Counted from the stretch's first letter, positions 1 through 9,391 are shown. The stretch: 64,000 bases of DNA from Meiothermus sp. (GCA_033762915.1 JANRLD010000029.1:1-64000); one strand, 5' to 3'. The notes: a model not told the origin generated them from the sequence alone. Translations and numbers: made by a program.

Positions 1-2
1 AC

Positions 3-173
3 CACGTCACCATCGCTATCGTCACCCACAACATGCAGCAGGCCGGACGCGTCTCCGACTTCACCGGCTACTTCCTCCTCGGCGAACTGATCGAGTTCGG
101 CCCCACCAGCCAGCTCTTCACCAACCCCAAGGACCCCCGCACCGAGGCCTACATCACCGGCAGGTTCGGCTAG
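3..173 (+). CDS. pstB: phosphate ABC transporter ATPase, C-terminal part (5' truncated by window)
   Basis: Frame from base 3 reads [56 protein letters not shown], the typical PstB C-terminus. Confidence 0.93.
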   Translation, partial: HVTIAIVTHNMQQAGRVSDFTGYFLLGELIEFGPTSQLFTNPKDPRTEAYITGRFG

Positions 174-253
174 GGGGCGCAGAGAAAGAGAACTCCAGTG
201 TCCCCAGGTTGGAGTGGTCCGCCCCTATTCTCCCGCCGGCTTGCACGCCATTT

Positions 254-997
254 ATGACCGCCGTCATTGAAGCCCTCATCGCCAGCCGCGACCTCGCCCT
301 GGCGCAGCGCCTCGTGCCGCTCATGGGGGCCCAGGGATGCCTGGTGGAGATCGCGGCCTCGCGGCGCCAACTCGAGGTGATGCTCCGGGGCCGGGCAGTG
401 GTGGTGATGGACGCCACGCTGTGCACGGGTCCTGGCCTCGAGCTGCTCGCCGAGATCGCGGCCGGACAGCACCGGCGCAACCGCGCGGTCTTCTGGCTCG
501 CGGCATCCCCCGAAGAGCTTGTCCGCGCTCTCCAATCGGGGGCCGACGATGCCATGCTTTGTTCTGGCTCGGACGAGGAGTTCGCCGCGCGGCTGAGTGG
601 CCTCTTGCGCCGCATCGGGCAGGCCTACCCCGTGACGCCTGTCACGACCTCGCTGGGCCTTACGGTTGACCGCGCGCTGCGGCGTGTGACCTTCATGGGC
701 CAGCAGATCCCCTTGACCCGCAGGGAGTTCGAGCTGCTGGCCTTTTTGGTGGCCTGGCCTGACGAGGTGTTCACGCGGGAGGAGCTGGTCGAGCGGGCCT
801 GGGGGCCGAGGTTCGATGGCACGGTGCGAACCGTGGATCAGCACGTGATCCAGGTCCGGGCGAAGCTGGGCCAGCACGCCGTAGATCGCCCCTACATCGC
901 CACGGTTCGGGGTAGGGGCTACTGCCTCTCTACGGGCGTCCCGGCGGAAAGTCAGGTACGTGGAACTGGGATTGGGGCCGAGAAGTCCGGACTCTGA
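254..997 (+). CDS. OmpR/PhoB-family response regulator with degenerate receiver domain
   Basis: C-terminal winged helix LTRREFELL...RTVDQHVIQVRAKL...IATVRGRGY; GADD motif; follows pstB; start chosen at ATG 254. Confidence 0.85.
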   Translation: MTAVIEALIASRDLALAQRLVPLMGAQGCLVEIAASRRQLEVMLRGRAVVVMDATLCTGPGLELLAEIAAGQHRRNRAVFWLAASPEELVRALQSGADDAMLCSGSDEEFAARLSGLLRRIGQAYPVTPVTTSLGLTVDRALRRVTFMGQQIPLTRREFELLAFLVAWPDEVFTREELVERAWGPRFDGTVRTVDQHVIQVRAKLGQHAVDRPYIATVRGRGYCLSTGVPAESQVRGTGIGAEKSGL

Positions 998-1282
998 CCT
1001 CGCGGCGAGCGCTCGAAACCTGCCCACTTCCCAGCGGCAGACCAACAGGCCTTTGTGTTCGCACGGGATTGTCGCACTACCGCGGGCCGAAAACTCAGCG
1101 GGGCTCGGGTCAACCAAGGTCTTGGCCGCCCAAGGGTCGAAATGCGCCGAGTGGGGCACTCCATAGAGTGGGCGGCTCCTTTTGAAACCCTCGAGGCACT
1201 AAGCAAAGCCGAGCTGCCTGGCCCTGATACTCGCCACGACCAATCTCGGCCCTGCGTCGCACTCACGCCTCGGTCAGGAGCC

Positions 1283-1311
1283 TTGACTCGGCCGGCATTC
1301 CCGCCTAAGAT
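1283..1311 (+). promoter_or_regulatory. sigma70-type promoter of tRNA pair
   Basis: TTGACT-17 bp-TAAGAT upstream of two tRNAs. Confidence 0.65.
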
Positions 1312-1387
1312 TGGGTTTGCGCTTCAGGAGTCGAACCTCCCAAGGCGCAAAAGAGCCATGTTCGGCGACGAAATTGCCGATCCGTGC

Positions 1388-1464
<77 letters not shown>

Positions 1465-1504
1465 GGAAGTGCCTGTTGGTCTTAGCCGCTCTGCGGCTAA
1501 CCCC

Positions 1505-1581
<77 letters not shown>

Positions 1582-1606
1582 GAAGAAAGCAAGTGCAGGA
1601 CAACAA

Positions 1607-1634
1607 AAACCCCCACCGTCAAAAGTGGGGGTTT
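1607..1634. terminator. hairpin terminator after tRNA-Met, supplied by the element (probably bidirectional with int)
   Basis: AAACCCCCAC-n8-GTGGGGGTTT stem-loop. Confidence 0.7.
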
Positions 1635-1649
1635 GCTGTTGGCCGGCCG

Positions 1650-1673
1650 TTTCAGCCAATGTTTCAGCCAACG
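1650..1673 (+). repeat. integrase arm-type site pair (left)
   Basis: TTTCAGCCAA tg TTTCAGCCAA cg; near-identical pair at 18402-18425. Confidence 0.75.
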
Positions 1674-1698
1674 AGGTACGAGCGCCCGCGTCTTGCCC

Positions 1699-2961
1699 TC
1701 AGGCTTGCGCCCTCGGCGCAGCGGCGAGCTGGGGGTCTTGGGGGCTCTGGCTCGGGCCGGAGGGGTGGGGCTGCCTCACCAGCTCCTCCACGTCGAAGAG
1801 GTAGCCCCGGCGCTCGTGCTCAAGGACATGGCGATAGATGTTCAAGGTAATGGTGGGGTTGGCGTGGCCCATGCGCTCGGACACCACCTCGAGGGGGATG
1901 CCCCGGCTCAGGGCAATCGAGCCATAGGTGTGGCGCAGGTCGTGGACCCTGAGCCTAGGGAGGCGGGGCAGGGAGCCCTCGAGGATGGCCCCCTCGGAGT
2001 CCTTCTCCCGCTTGGCCTGGGCGGCGTTCACCCGGTCCACCAGGCGGCGCAGGGCGTGGTTGGGGGCGTTGACCTCGAAGGGGCGGCCCGACCCCACCGG
2101 GCCGAAGATGTAGCAGGCCTCGAGCTGCTTGGGCGTCCAGTCCTTAAGCAGCTCGGCGCGATGGGCTCGGAAGCGCTCGAGTAGCCCCGTGGGTACCGGC
2201 ACCATCCGGCGGCCGGCCCGGGTCTTAGGCTTCTCGCTCAAGTGGCCCCGCCCGACCCCGGTCCAGTTCTTGGAGATCGTGACCTCTGCGCGCTCAAGGC
2301 TGAGGTCAGCCCAGGTCAGCCCCAGGGCCTCGCCCTTGCGCAGCCCGCAGCCCAGCAGCAGCCGGAAGAACAGGCCCATCTCGGCCCCCGGGCAGGCCTC
2401 GAGCACCATGGTCACCTCGTGGGGCTGGAGGCTCTTGGCCTTGGGCTCCCCCCGGGGGGCCTCGAGCCTGATGTGGGCGGCGGGGTTGCGGAACACCAGC
2501 TCGTCGGTCAGGGCCTCGTTGAAGATCCCCCGCACGGTGCGCAGGACGTGCTCGAGGGTGCGGTAGCCGTGGGTCTGAGCCAGGGAGTCCAGCAGCTTGC
2601 GGATGTGGGAGGGCTTGACCGCCTGGAGCTTGAGGGGCCCCAGGTGGGCCTTGGCCTTCTTGATGTCGTCGGCGTAGCCCTTGGTAGTGTTGCGGGCCCG
2701 GCCGCTGCGCTCCTTGCGCCCTAGCCACTCGGCGGCGTAGGCCTCGAAGGTGCGGGCGTCCCGCTTGGCCACCAGGCCCTTGCGGTACTGCTCCTCGAGG
2801 GCCTTGGCCTTGGCGATGGCCTCCCGCTGGGTCTTGGCGTAGACCGCTTTGCGGATGGTCAGCCCGTCCGAGTCGGTGGTGGTGAACCTCACCTCCCACA
2901 GTTGCTTCTTCTCAAGCCACAGGGCCGAGCCCGCGCCGTTGGCGGCCTTACGCCTGGGCAT
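1699..2961 (-). CDS. int: tyrosine recombinase / phage integrase
   Basis: Catalytic motifs GLRKGE, KPKT, HDLRH, MGH...IY; N-terminal arm-binding region; GAGGTGG RBS before ATG 2961; next to attL. Confidence 0.96.
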   Translation of the reverse strand: MPRRKAANGAGSALWLEKKQLWEVRFTTTDSDGLTIRKAVYAKTQREAIAKAKALEEQYRKGLVAKRDARTFEAYAAEWLGRKERSGRARNTTKGYADDIKKAKAHLGPLKLQAVKPSHIRKLLDSLAQTHGYRTLEHVLRTVRGIFNEALTDELVFRNPAAHIRLEAPRGEPKAKSLQPHEVTMVLEACPGAEMGLFFRLLLGCGLRKGEALGLTWADLSLERAEVTISKNWTGVGRGHLSEKPKTRAGRRMVPVPTGLLERFRAHRAELLKDWTPKQLEACYIFGPVGSGRPFEVNAPNHALRRLVDRVNAAQAKREKDSEGAILEGSLPRLPRLRVHDLRHTYGSIALSRGIPLEVVSERMGHANPTITLNIYRHVLEHERRGYLFDVEELVRQPHPSGPSQSPQDPQLAAAPRAQA

Positions 2962-3175
2962 CGCGCACCACCTCGAGCACATCGTTTGGCTCTACACGCT
3001 TACCGGTGAGCCGCTCAAGTGCAGTGATTATCCGCCCAAGGGCATCGAACTCAAGGCCCCCCACTTGGTTGTTCACAATCTTGTACGTGCCGGTTTTTGA
3101 AAGACCCGTGGCCTTCCAAAGCTGATAAACCGTAAGGCCGTTGCGGTCGAGGTATTCTTTGAGCTTCCATTTCAC
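2948..3175 (-). CDS. Cro/C1-type HTH regulator (likely repressor), overlapping int start
   Basis: KLKEYLDRNGLTVYQLWKATGLSKTGTYKI HTH pattern; GTG start 10 nt after AGGAG. Confidence 0.85.
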   Translation of the reverse strand: MKWKLKEYLDRNGLTVYQLWKATGLSKTGTYKIVNNQVGGLEFDALGRIITALERLTGKRVEPNDVLEVVRDAQA

Positions 3176-3218
3176 GGTCGCCACTCTCCTATTCTCAGGG
3201 CTAGTCCCCTGATAGGGA

Positions 3219-3264
3219 TATAGTATCACCATAGTTGACATAGGTCAACCATAGTGATACTATA
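3219..3264. promoter_or_regulatory. palindromic pair of divergent promoters / operator
   Basis: TATAGTATCAC-CATA-GTTGAC-ATAG-GTCAAC-CATA-GTGATACTATA; + strand TTGACA-17-TACTAT, - strand TTGACC-17-TACTAT. Confidence 0.85.
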
Positions 3265-3331
3265 AGGGCAGTCAGGAACCGAACCCCGCTAAGAGAAGGT
3301 TCCCGACCACTCACTGAAAGGAGTAAGGACA

Positions 3332-3592
3332 ATGTACACCACCCAGACCCGAATCACCACCGCCCAGGCCCTCAACCACCTCGCCGAGATGACCGCCAAG
3401 GAGGCCGCCGATCTTCCCGAGGGGCTCAGCCTGGCCCAGCTCCGCAACCTGATGGAGGCGCTCGAGGGAGCGGAGTACATCGTGGCGCGGCTCAAGCGGG
3501 CCACGGATCAGCAAATCGCCTACCACATCGAGGGGGAGGACTACTCCCCCATGGTGCTCGAGCTCCCCGAAGACTTCCGCCCCGCGGCCTAA
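3332..3592 (+). CDS. hypothetical protein (86 aa)
   Basis: AAGGAG/AAGGA RBS, host-like codon usage, directly after the + promoter. Confidence 0.75.
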   Translation: MYTTQTRITTAQALNHLAEMTAKEAADLPEGLSLAQLRNLMEALEGAEYIVARLKRATDQQIAYHIEGEDYSPMVLELPEDFRPAA

Positions 3593-3644
3593 ACACTCTC
3601 GCCGGGGCGGGTGATGAGCCCGCCCCACCCTCAAGGGGCCGAGC

Positions 3645-4052
3645 ATGATTTCTTCCCGGAAAATAGAGATGTTTGAGCATGAACACCTCCAAGTGCGGGT
3701 TATCTTGGTTCAGCCGACCCGTCCGATAGATCTCACAGCGACCTACAGCTACCCGAGCCCGGGGCGCAGCGGTACAGACTCCATCAGCCTCGCCCCCGCG
3801 AGGGCCCGCGATCTGGCAGCCTCGCTTGTTTGGGCGGCGGACACCTGGGAGGCCGCGACCGGCAAGGCGGATGCGGGTGTGCCGGCCTTCGAGTTCGAAC
3901 TCTGGCACTCCGACGAAGGCGAGGCCTTTGCGCGGATCGCTCACAATGTGCCTGGTGGCCAGCGGGTGCACCTCAGCCTCGAGGAAATGCAGGAGCTTGC
4001 CAGGGGTCTGAACGTGTTCCTCGCCCGACTCGAGGCCTGCAAAGCCGCCTGA
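3645..4052 (+). CDS. hypothetical protein with two internal beta-beta-alpha-like units
   Basis: ISLAPARARDLAASL and VHLSLEEMQELARGL segments; followed by a terminator. Confidence 0.7.
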   Translation: MISSRKIEMFEHEHLQVRVILVQPTRPIDLTATYSYPSPGRSGTDSISLAPARARDLAASLVWAADTWEAATGKADAGVPAFEFELWHSDEGEAFARIAHNVPGGQRVHLSLEEMQELARGLNVFLARLEACKAA

Positions 4053-4070
4053 ATCTCGATCTCGGAATTG

Positions 4071-4100
4071 AAACCCCCACCAAGCCCGGTGGGGGTTTTT
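4071..4100 (+). terminator. rho-independent terminator
   Basis: AAACCCCCACC-n6-GGTGGGGGTTT(TT); same stem as 1607-1634. Confidence 0.75.
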
Positions 4101-4132
4101 AGCCGAACAAAACTGGACATTGCCTTTTGTGA

Positions 4133-4210
4133 GCCCAACTTCGTCCAACTTTTTCTTTTTCAGTTCCAACTTGTTCCAACTTCCTTTTTTTGGTTGCAAC
4201 TTGTTGCAAG
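4133..4210. repeat. phased CAACTT repeat pairs separated by T-tracts
   Basis: CAAC/CAAG cores at 4136,4146 / 4167,4177 / 4197,4207. Confidence 0.7.
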
Positions 4211-4241
4211 CTAGTCAGCCGATTACTCAGATTGATTCTCC

Positions 4242-5111
4242 CTATCCTTGCTCCCCACCCAATACCCATCGGTCAAGGTCTGTTCCGGGGGGTAGCCCCG
4301 TGATGAGCCTAATGCAGACGGGTACCAGGGCCTCGAGCCTTTGCATGGCCTGATCAAACCTCGGGCTTGAGGGCAGGTCAACGATTGCAAGGCCCTTATG
4401 AACGATGTCCCCACGTAGGTTGCAAATAGTCCCTAGCTGCAGTCGCTCCTTGAGCTTGCCCTTATCGACGCCTGGATAAACCTTCTCGCGAAGCAGGTCC
4501 TGAATGGATTTCACCACGTCACCACCCATGGCGGGGTACACCTCTAGTGCAATGTACCAGTGCAAGAACTTGTCCACAGGGTTTAAGGCCTCGAGGCCCC
4601 GCACATACCACCGGGATGCTAGGCGGAAGCGCTCGAGGTCCTCTAGACCCAAGCGCCCAACGTCGTCAAGGGCCCGTCTCAAGGTAGCCGAGAATGCCTC
4701 AGGATTGAGCTGGGTCGGGGTAGCTAGCCGCACAGGGCCATTTGGTTGATGGATAACTTGGTGGTTGACGACCACCACGCCCTCGAAGACCGTCTCCCCC
4801 AGCAGCCCGGGGTTCTCCAAAGCGACCGCACCGACAACCTCAGCAATGGCCAGCATGGGCTCGGAGCGCTTTGGCGGCCACATCGCGGGCTGAATGTGGC
4901 TAATCACCAAGTAGTTGCCCTGGCCAAATGACCAGGAATCTACAGCGGAGGTCAGGCTAACCGCGCCTTCAGCCTGCTGAACACGCATCACAGGGGTAAG
5001 CAAATCCATGGGGCCAGCCATTGCGGTGACTACCAGGCGGTCGGTCGAGTAAACCCGGACATTCTCTGCAAAAGGCAAAGTGTTGAGCCGGATAATTTTC
5101 GTATAGTTCAC
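4242..5111 (-). CDS. HEPN-domain protein (ApeA-like)
   Basis: RWYVRGLEALNPVDKFLHWYIALE and R-x4-H motif (LRGDIVHKG); GGAGG RBS. Confidence 0.75.
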   Translation of the reverse strand: MNYTKIIRLNTLPFAENVRVYSTDRLVVTAMAGPMDLLTPVMRVQQAEGAVSLTSAVDSWSFGQGNYLVISHIQPAMWPPKRSEPMLAIAEVVGAVALENPGLLGETVFEGVVVVNHQVIHQPNGPVRLATPTQLNPEAFSATLRRALDDVGRLGLEDLERFRLASRWYVRGLEALNPVDKFLHWYIALEVYPAMGGDVVKSIQDLLREKVYPGVDKGKLKERLQLGTICNLRGDIVHKGLAIVDLPSSPRFDQAMQRLEALVPVCIRLITGLPPGTDLDRWVLGGEQG

Positions 5112-5249
5112 ATTACCTCCAGTCCCTTATCTACACCTCGCCCCGACAAAAGCTTTCCGGCTGTTTCGAGGCTACCCCAAAACACGATGGTCGGAAGGGG
5201 TAGAGCCCTCTTTCATCACCAAAACCTATTAGCTGGCCTTGAAATCAAG

Positions 5250-6983
5250 TTAGTCGGCCGCATTGGGCAGTATGTCCAGACCCTCGGGGAACAGCGGAGT
5301 GGTCTGGTTCTTGCCCCGTTGGTTGCCCTGGGTCTTGACCCCCCGGGGCTCGAGGCTGACATTAGTCGCGCTTCCCGGAAGCCTGGGCTGGGCGCCTTCG
5401 AGGATCTGCTCCACACTCAGGATCTGGATGCGCCCGACTCCGGAGCCCCCGTACTTATACAGCCCGGCCCGGTGGGCCTCCTCTCGCATCCCCCGTGTCG
5501 GCTCCTCCATCACCACCAAAACCCCCAGCGCCGCCCGCTCTCGCTCGACGGTCCCGTAGAGGTCGCGCACCATACCGGGGTTGAGGTTTCGCCCGCCCTT
5601 CACGCTCACGATCACCCGCTCGAGCTTCTCCCCGGCGGGCGTCCGGAAGTACATCAGGCCGTCGATCCCGGTGTCGCCCCCCTTCTTGCCCCTGCCGTCG
5701 CCGCTCGCCCCGTAGGGCTGCGCGCCCAGCAGGCCGCTGATCCAGAACTGGAACTGGTAGGGGTCCTGGTGGAACAAGAACCTCGCGCCCTCGAGGTCGA
5801 CCGGCGTACCCTCGAGGTGGTAGTGCCTGCCCACCCTGAGGGCGTGGTCCCGGAACAAGCGTGCCTGGATGAGCGCGATGGACAGCGTGGTAATGTCAAT
5901 CCCGATCCAGCGGCGGCCTAGCTTCTGCGCGGCGGCCACCGCGGTCCCGCAGCCGCAGAACGGGTCGAGCACTACCTCCCCGGGCCTGGAGCTGGCCTCG
6001 ATGATGCGCTCGAGCAAGGCCAGGGGCTTCTGCGTGGGGTAGCCCAGCCGCTCTCGAGACTGAGCCTGCACCGGGCCGATGTCGTTCCAGACGTTGGGGA
6101 CGATAGACCCCTCCTGCTCCTCGAGGAAGCGCTTAAGCGCAAGACGCTTGCTGAAGTCGAACGATCCGTCCAGCTTTCGGGGGTAGTGGATGCGGCCTTC
6201 ATCGTGGAGGCGCTGCATGGTCTCAGGCTTGTATCGCCATCCCTTGTCAGGTGGGGAAAAGCCCATCCACGAGTACCACCCATTCGGCTTTCCCGTTGTT
6301 TTGTTGATCGCTGCCATACCCCCACCGGCAGGGGCCGCCATGTTGTCTAGCCTGTACAGGCCACGCCCATCCCCGTCGTCATGGCGGTAAAACTTCTGCA
6401 CATACTCGGGATCGTAATCGGTGTATTGCGGATTGAAAGATGTCGCTTGAGACTTCGCATAGAACAGCAAAGTGTCGGTCACATCCGGGAAGCTGAGCTT
6501 GGCGTCACTGTGGGCGCTCTGGCGCTTCCAGATGATCTCGCTTCGGCAGTTATCCACCCCGAAGAGGATATCCAGCATCACCTTGAGGTAGTGGCTGGCC
6601 GTGCTGTCGCAGTGAAGGTATAAGCTGCCGGTCGGTTTCAGCACCCGGTGCAGCTCGATCAGCCTCACCCCCATCATCACGAGGTAAGCGGCGAGGCTGT
6701 TCTTCCCCAGCATCACCCGGGTGGTGAACTCGAGGAACTCTCCCAGCTTGCCATTGGCCGCCGGGATTTGGTCGAGCATCAGCTCGGTCTCCTGGTTCCA
6801 GGACCAGGTGTCGGTGAAGGCCTTGATCTGCGCGCCCGACGTCCGCCCGCTGTGATCCTTGAAGATGTGGTTGTACTCGGTCTTCGAGTTGAAAGGCGGG
6901 TCAAGGTAAATCAAGTCCACCGACGCACTAGCGATATGCTCGCGCAGGACGACAAGATTGTCACCGTAGTACAGCGTATTCAT
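5250..6983 (-). CDS. N6/N4 DNA methyltransferase fused to C-terminal Mrr-like nuclease domain
   Basis: [32 protein letters not shown]-terminal FQFW...DTGIDG...IVSVKGG. Confidence 0.9.
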   Translation of the reverse strand: MNTLYYGDNLVVLREHIASASVDLIYLDPPFNSKTEYNHIFKDHSGRTSGAQIKAFTDTWSWNQETELMLDQIPAANGKLGEFLEFTTRVMLGKNSLAAYLVMMGVRLIELHRVLKPTGSLYLHCDSTASHYLKVMLDILFGVDNCRSEIIWKRQSAHSDAKLSFPDVTDTLLFYAKSQATSFNPQYTDYDPEYVQKFYRHDDGDGRGLYRLDNMAAPAGGGMAAINKTTGKPNGWYSWMGFSPPDKGWRYKPETMQRLHDEGRIHYPRKLDGSFDFSKRLALKRFLEEQEGSIVPNVWNDIGPVQAQSRERLGYPTQKPLALLERIIEASSRPGEVVLDPFCGCGTAVAAAQKLGRRWIGIDITTLSIALIQARLFRDHALRVGRHYHLEGTPVDLEGARFLFHQDPYQFQFWISGLLGAQPYGASGDGRGKKGGDTGIDGLMYFRTPAGEKLERVIVSVKGGRNLNPGMVRDLYGTVERERAALGVLVVMEEPTRGMREEAHRAGLYKYGGSGVGRIQILSVEQILEGAQPRLPGSATNVSLEPRGVKTQGNQRGKNQTTPLFPEGLDILPNAAD

Positions 6984-7238
6984 GCTTACCCCTGGAATAG
7001 ACGACGGGAAGGTTACGCTGTTCCAGACGGTAGCCGAAAGCATTGGCGAATCTACGCATGGTCACCTCGAGAGAAGCCCCCATACTCGCTTCTTCTAGTT
7101 TTCTGCCCAAATACTCGTATAGCAGATCCCTGGTTGCACCATGGTTGTACGGCCCGGGCGTAATACGGCCCGCTCCCGGACAGCAGCCAGATAAAGGTTG
7201 TACGGCCAAAACAGAGTCGGCATGGGAAAATAAAGGGC

Positions 7239-7475
7239 ATGAAGCTCACCCTCGACACCCCTCTACGCCTCCGGCTAACCGACTGGGGCCGAGATCGCCA
7301 CGCCGCCCGCCATCGCGCCGCGAAGCTGCCCACCCCCAACCTCTACGCCGACGACCAGGGCCGCGTGACCATGACGCTGCGGGAGTTCGCCTGGGTCTTC
7401 GGGGTGGAGATGATGGCGGCAGGTCCGAAGGTGGTCGAGGGGGAACTGGAGGCCCTGGGTCGAGCCGACGGGTGA
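7239..7475 (+). CDS. hypothetical phage-type protein (78 aa)
   Basis: ATG after AAAGGG; LRLTDWG...DDQGRVTMTLREFAWVFG resembles small phage proteins (from memory). Confidence 0.6.
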   Translation: MKLTLDTPLRLRLTDWGRDRHAARHRAAKLPTPNLYADDQGRVTMTLREFAWVFGVEMMAAGPKVVEGELEALGRADG

Positions 7476-7566
7476 AAGCCAAGGGGTCCGCCGCCCTACC
7501 CCTCAGCCCGCTAACAGCTAATCGCTGTAGGCTTGGGCCCCTTGCCAAAGGGGCTGAGGAGGCTCC

Positions 7567-7986
7567 ATGAGGTACCAGGTGTTGCTGGCGGAAAGCCGAT
7601 CGACACTACGGGAGGGGCGCTACAGGGTGACGCTGCACTACCGCGTCACCCCCAAAGACGTGCCAGCTGAGGCCCCAGTGCCGGGCGAGGTCTCCCTGAC
7701 AGTGACGGTAAGCTTCTGTTCGCTGCTGGCCCCAATCGGGGAGGACACCCAGGGCCAGCGCTGCCTCGAGGCGTCGGCCCGAGGGGTGGCCCGGGCTGCC
7801 GCCCAGGAGTTGCTCACCCGGGAGGGCGGGCCGCCCAGCGCCGTGCATCTGCTCATAGCCCGCAACAGCTTTCGAAGAGGCGACCTCGACCCTTTCTTAC
7901 AAGAGCCCGGGCGGGGGATTGAGGAAGGCGATCAAGGCGACGAGGTAGGCTTCTTCATTGAGGTCAGCGAGTCCGCCCAGGCCTGA
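7567..7986 (+). CDS. hypothetical protein (139 aa)
   Basis: GAGGAGG RBS, open frame. Confidence 0.65.
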   Translation: MRYQVLLAESRSTLREGRYRVTLHYRVTPKDVPAEAPVPGEVSLTVTVSFCSLLAPIGEDTQGQRCLEASARGVARAAAQELLTREGGPPSAVHLLIARNSFRRGDLDPFLQEPGRGIEEGDQGDEVGFFIEVSESAQA

Positions 7987-8259
7987 GCGCTGGGGGGAAA
8001 AAATAACTCCGGCCAATCTGGCCGGGGGTGCGGGGGTACGCCTCAATAAGATAGAACTCGCTTCCGGCTATTGCTGTGACATTTGACCTAAGAAAAGCCT
8101 CGAGTGCTGTAGCCCCGTAACAGGGGCAAAGCAAGTCCCCCACCCGTGAAGGTAGGGGTGCCTCGAGCCTTCCTGCCTCCTCGAGCGTAGCGGATGGCGA
8201 TCGGGCTGTCGAGAGGGTACTGCGGAGGGCTGAGTGCGGGCTGAGTAGGGAAAGACCCT

Positions 8260-8802
8260 TTATGCCCTTGGGTTCTCGGGCTTGTCTGGGCTCCCATCTG
8301 GCCGCTCGCCCAGGGCCTCCTCGAAGGCGTCCCCCAGGCTGGCCAACACCTCATCGCCCAACATCCGACGCAACGCCTCCATGAGCTTGCGTATGGCCGA
8401 ACGCATGTCACTCAGGGAGATTGTCTCAGTAGCCTCGCCCAGCAGAAGCCGCTCGAGCTTGGTGATCCGCTCGATGGCCAGCACTGCCGACCCGGGGTCA
8501 GGGTATTCCCCAGTCAGGGCCGCATCGAAGGCCCTCATCTTGATTCTGGCCAGGTACTCCAGTTGGGAGGCGATATCCCGGGCGTGAATGGTGGCCTGCA
8601 GCTCGGCCAGCTTCTCGCCCGTCTTCTTCCCTACCCTTTCCCAGTGCTCCCGGCGCTTCTCAAGCCACCCCTCACGGCTCGCCCGGTTCTGCAGGGTCTT
8701 GGGCGGTATCCCATGTTTCCCCGCAAACTTCCCGGGCGTTGGGCGCTCTGGGTCGGTGATGAACAGCTGCTGTAGGGACAGCCAGTCCCGCTGCTTGCTC
8801 AT
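8260..8802 (-). CDS. terminase small subunit-like protein
   Basis: N-terminal DW..HTH (GIPPKTLQNRASREGW), helical middle, KLERLLLGEATE motif typical of TerS-like proteins; AAGGAAG RBS. Confidence 0.7.
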   Translation of the reverse strand: MSKQRDWLSLQQLFITDPERPTPGKFAGKHGIPPKTLQNRASREGWLEKRREHWERVGKKTGEKLAELQATIHARDIASQLEYLARIKMRAFDAALTGEYPDPGSAVLAIERITKLERLLLGEATETISLSDMRSAIRKLMEALRRMLGDEVLASLGDAFEEALGERPDGSPDKPENPRA

Positions 8803-9032
8803 ATGGTCTTCCTTTCTGGGGTTTCTCCACCCGCCCACTTCCCGGCCCACCGGTTGAAGGTTCGCCTCTTCCCCTTGGGCGCCGGGAGATCCCCGACTCG
8901 GTCCAGAGGGCAGTCGCAGCGGGCGCAGTGCAGGCGGGTGCAGCTCGGCGGCGTAAGGAGAGCCTCGAGGCCACAGCTGGGGCAGGCGTAGCGGCCAAGG
9001 GGCAGCTTGGTGAGGTTCGGCTTTTGGGTCAT
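8799..9032 (-). CDS. small zinc-ribbon protein
   Basis: CPSC...CARC; ATGA overlap with the terS-like gene. Confidence 0.65.
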   Translation of the reverse strand: MTQKPNLTKLPLGRYACPSCGLEALLTPPSCTRLHCARCDCPLDRVGDLPAPKGKRRTFNRWAGKWAGGETPERKTI

Positions 9033-9034
9033 AC

Positions 9035-9391
9035 CTAGGCCTTATACGGTGAAGAGGGAACGGGGCTGTATGTTTGGCGCACCCTTTCTCTGGCTGCGGT
9101 GGTTGCTGCGATGCGCTCGCGAAGAAGCTCAACGTCTTCCAAGGGGTCGGTCACGCCTCTGATCACATTGCGATAGACCCGAAGGCCGATCACACGGTTC
9201 TCGAGTATGAACATCCAATCAGCAGGGATCGAGGCCTCCACGGCGAGCAGGAGATCATCCAAGCGGATGGTCAGCTCCTTAGACAACACCAGGGCCTGGA
9301 CTTGGGCCGGGCTGTAGCTTCCATGCCCGGCCCAAGCCTCCCTCTCGGCCTCAAGAACGATCTTTGCCCACTTCTCAAACTCGGCGTCCAT
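9035..9391 (-). CDS. hypothetical protein (118 aa)
   Basis: Starts 2 bp after TMP stop, GGAGG RBS. Confidence 0.75.
   Translation of the reverse strand: MDAEFEKWAKIVLEAEREAWAGHGSYSPAQVQALVLSKELTIRLDDLLLAVEASIPADWMFILENRVIGLRVYRNVIRGVTDPLEDVELLRERIAATTAARERVRQTYSPVPSSPYKA

Noticed and set aside
4133..4210. CRISPR array
   Set aside because: Repeats are ~10 bp and degenerate, with no unique spacers and no cas genes; the same applies to 16094-16256.
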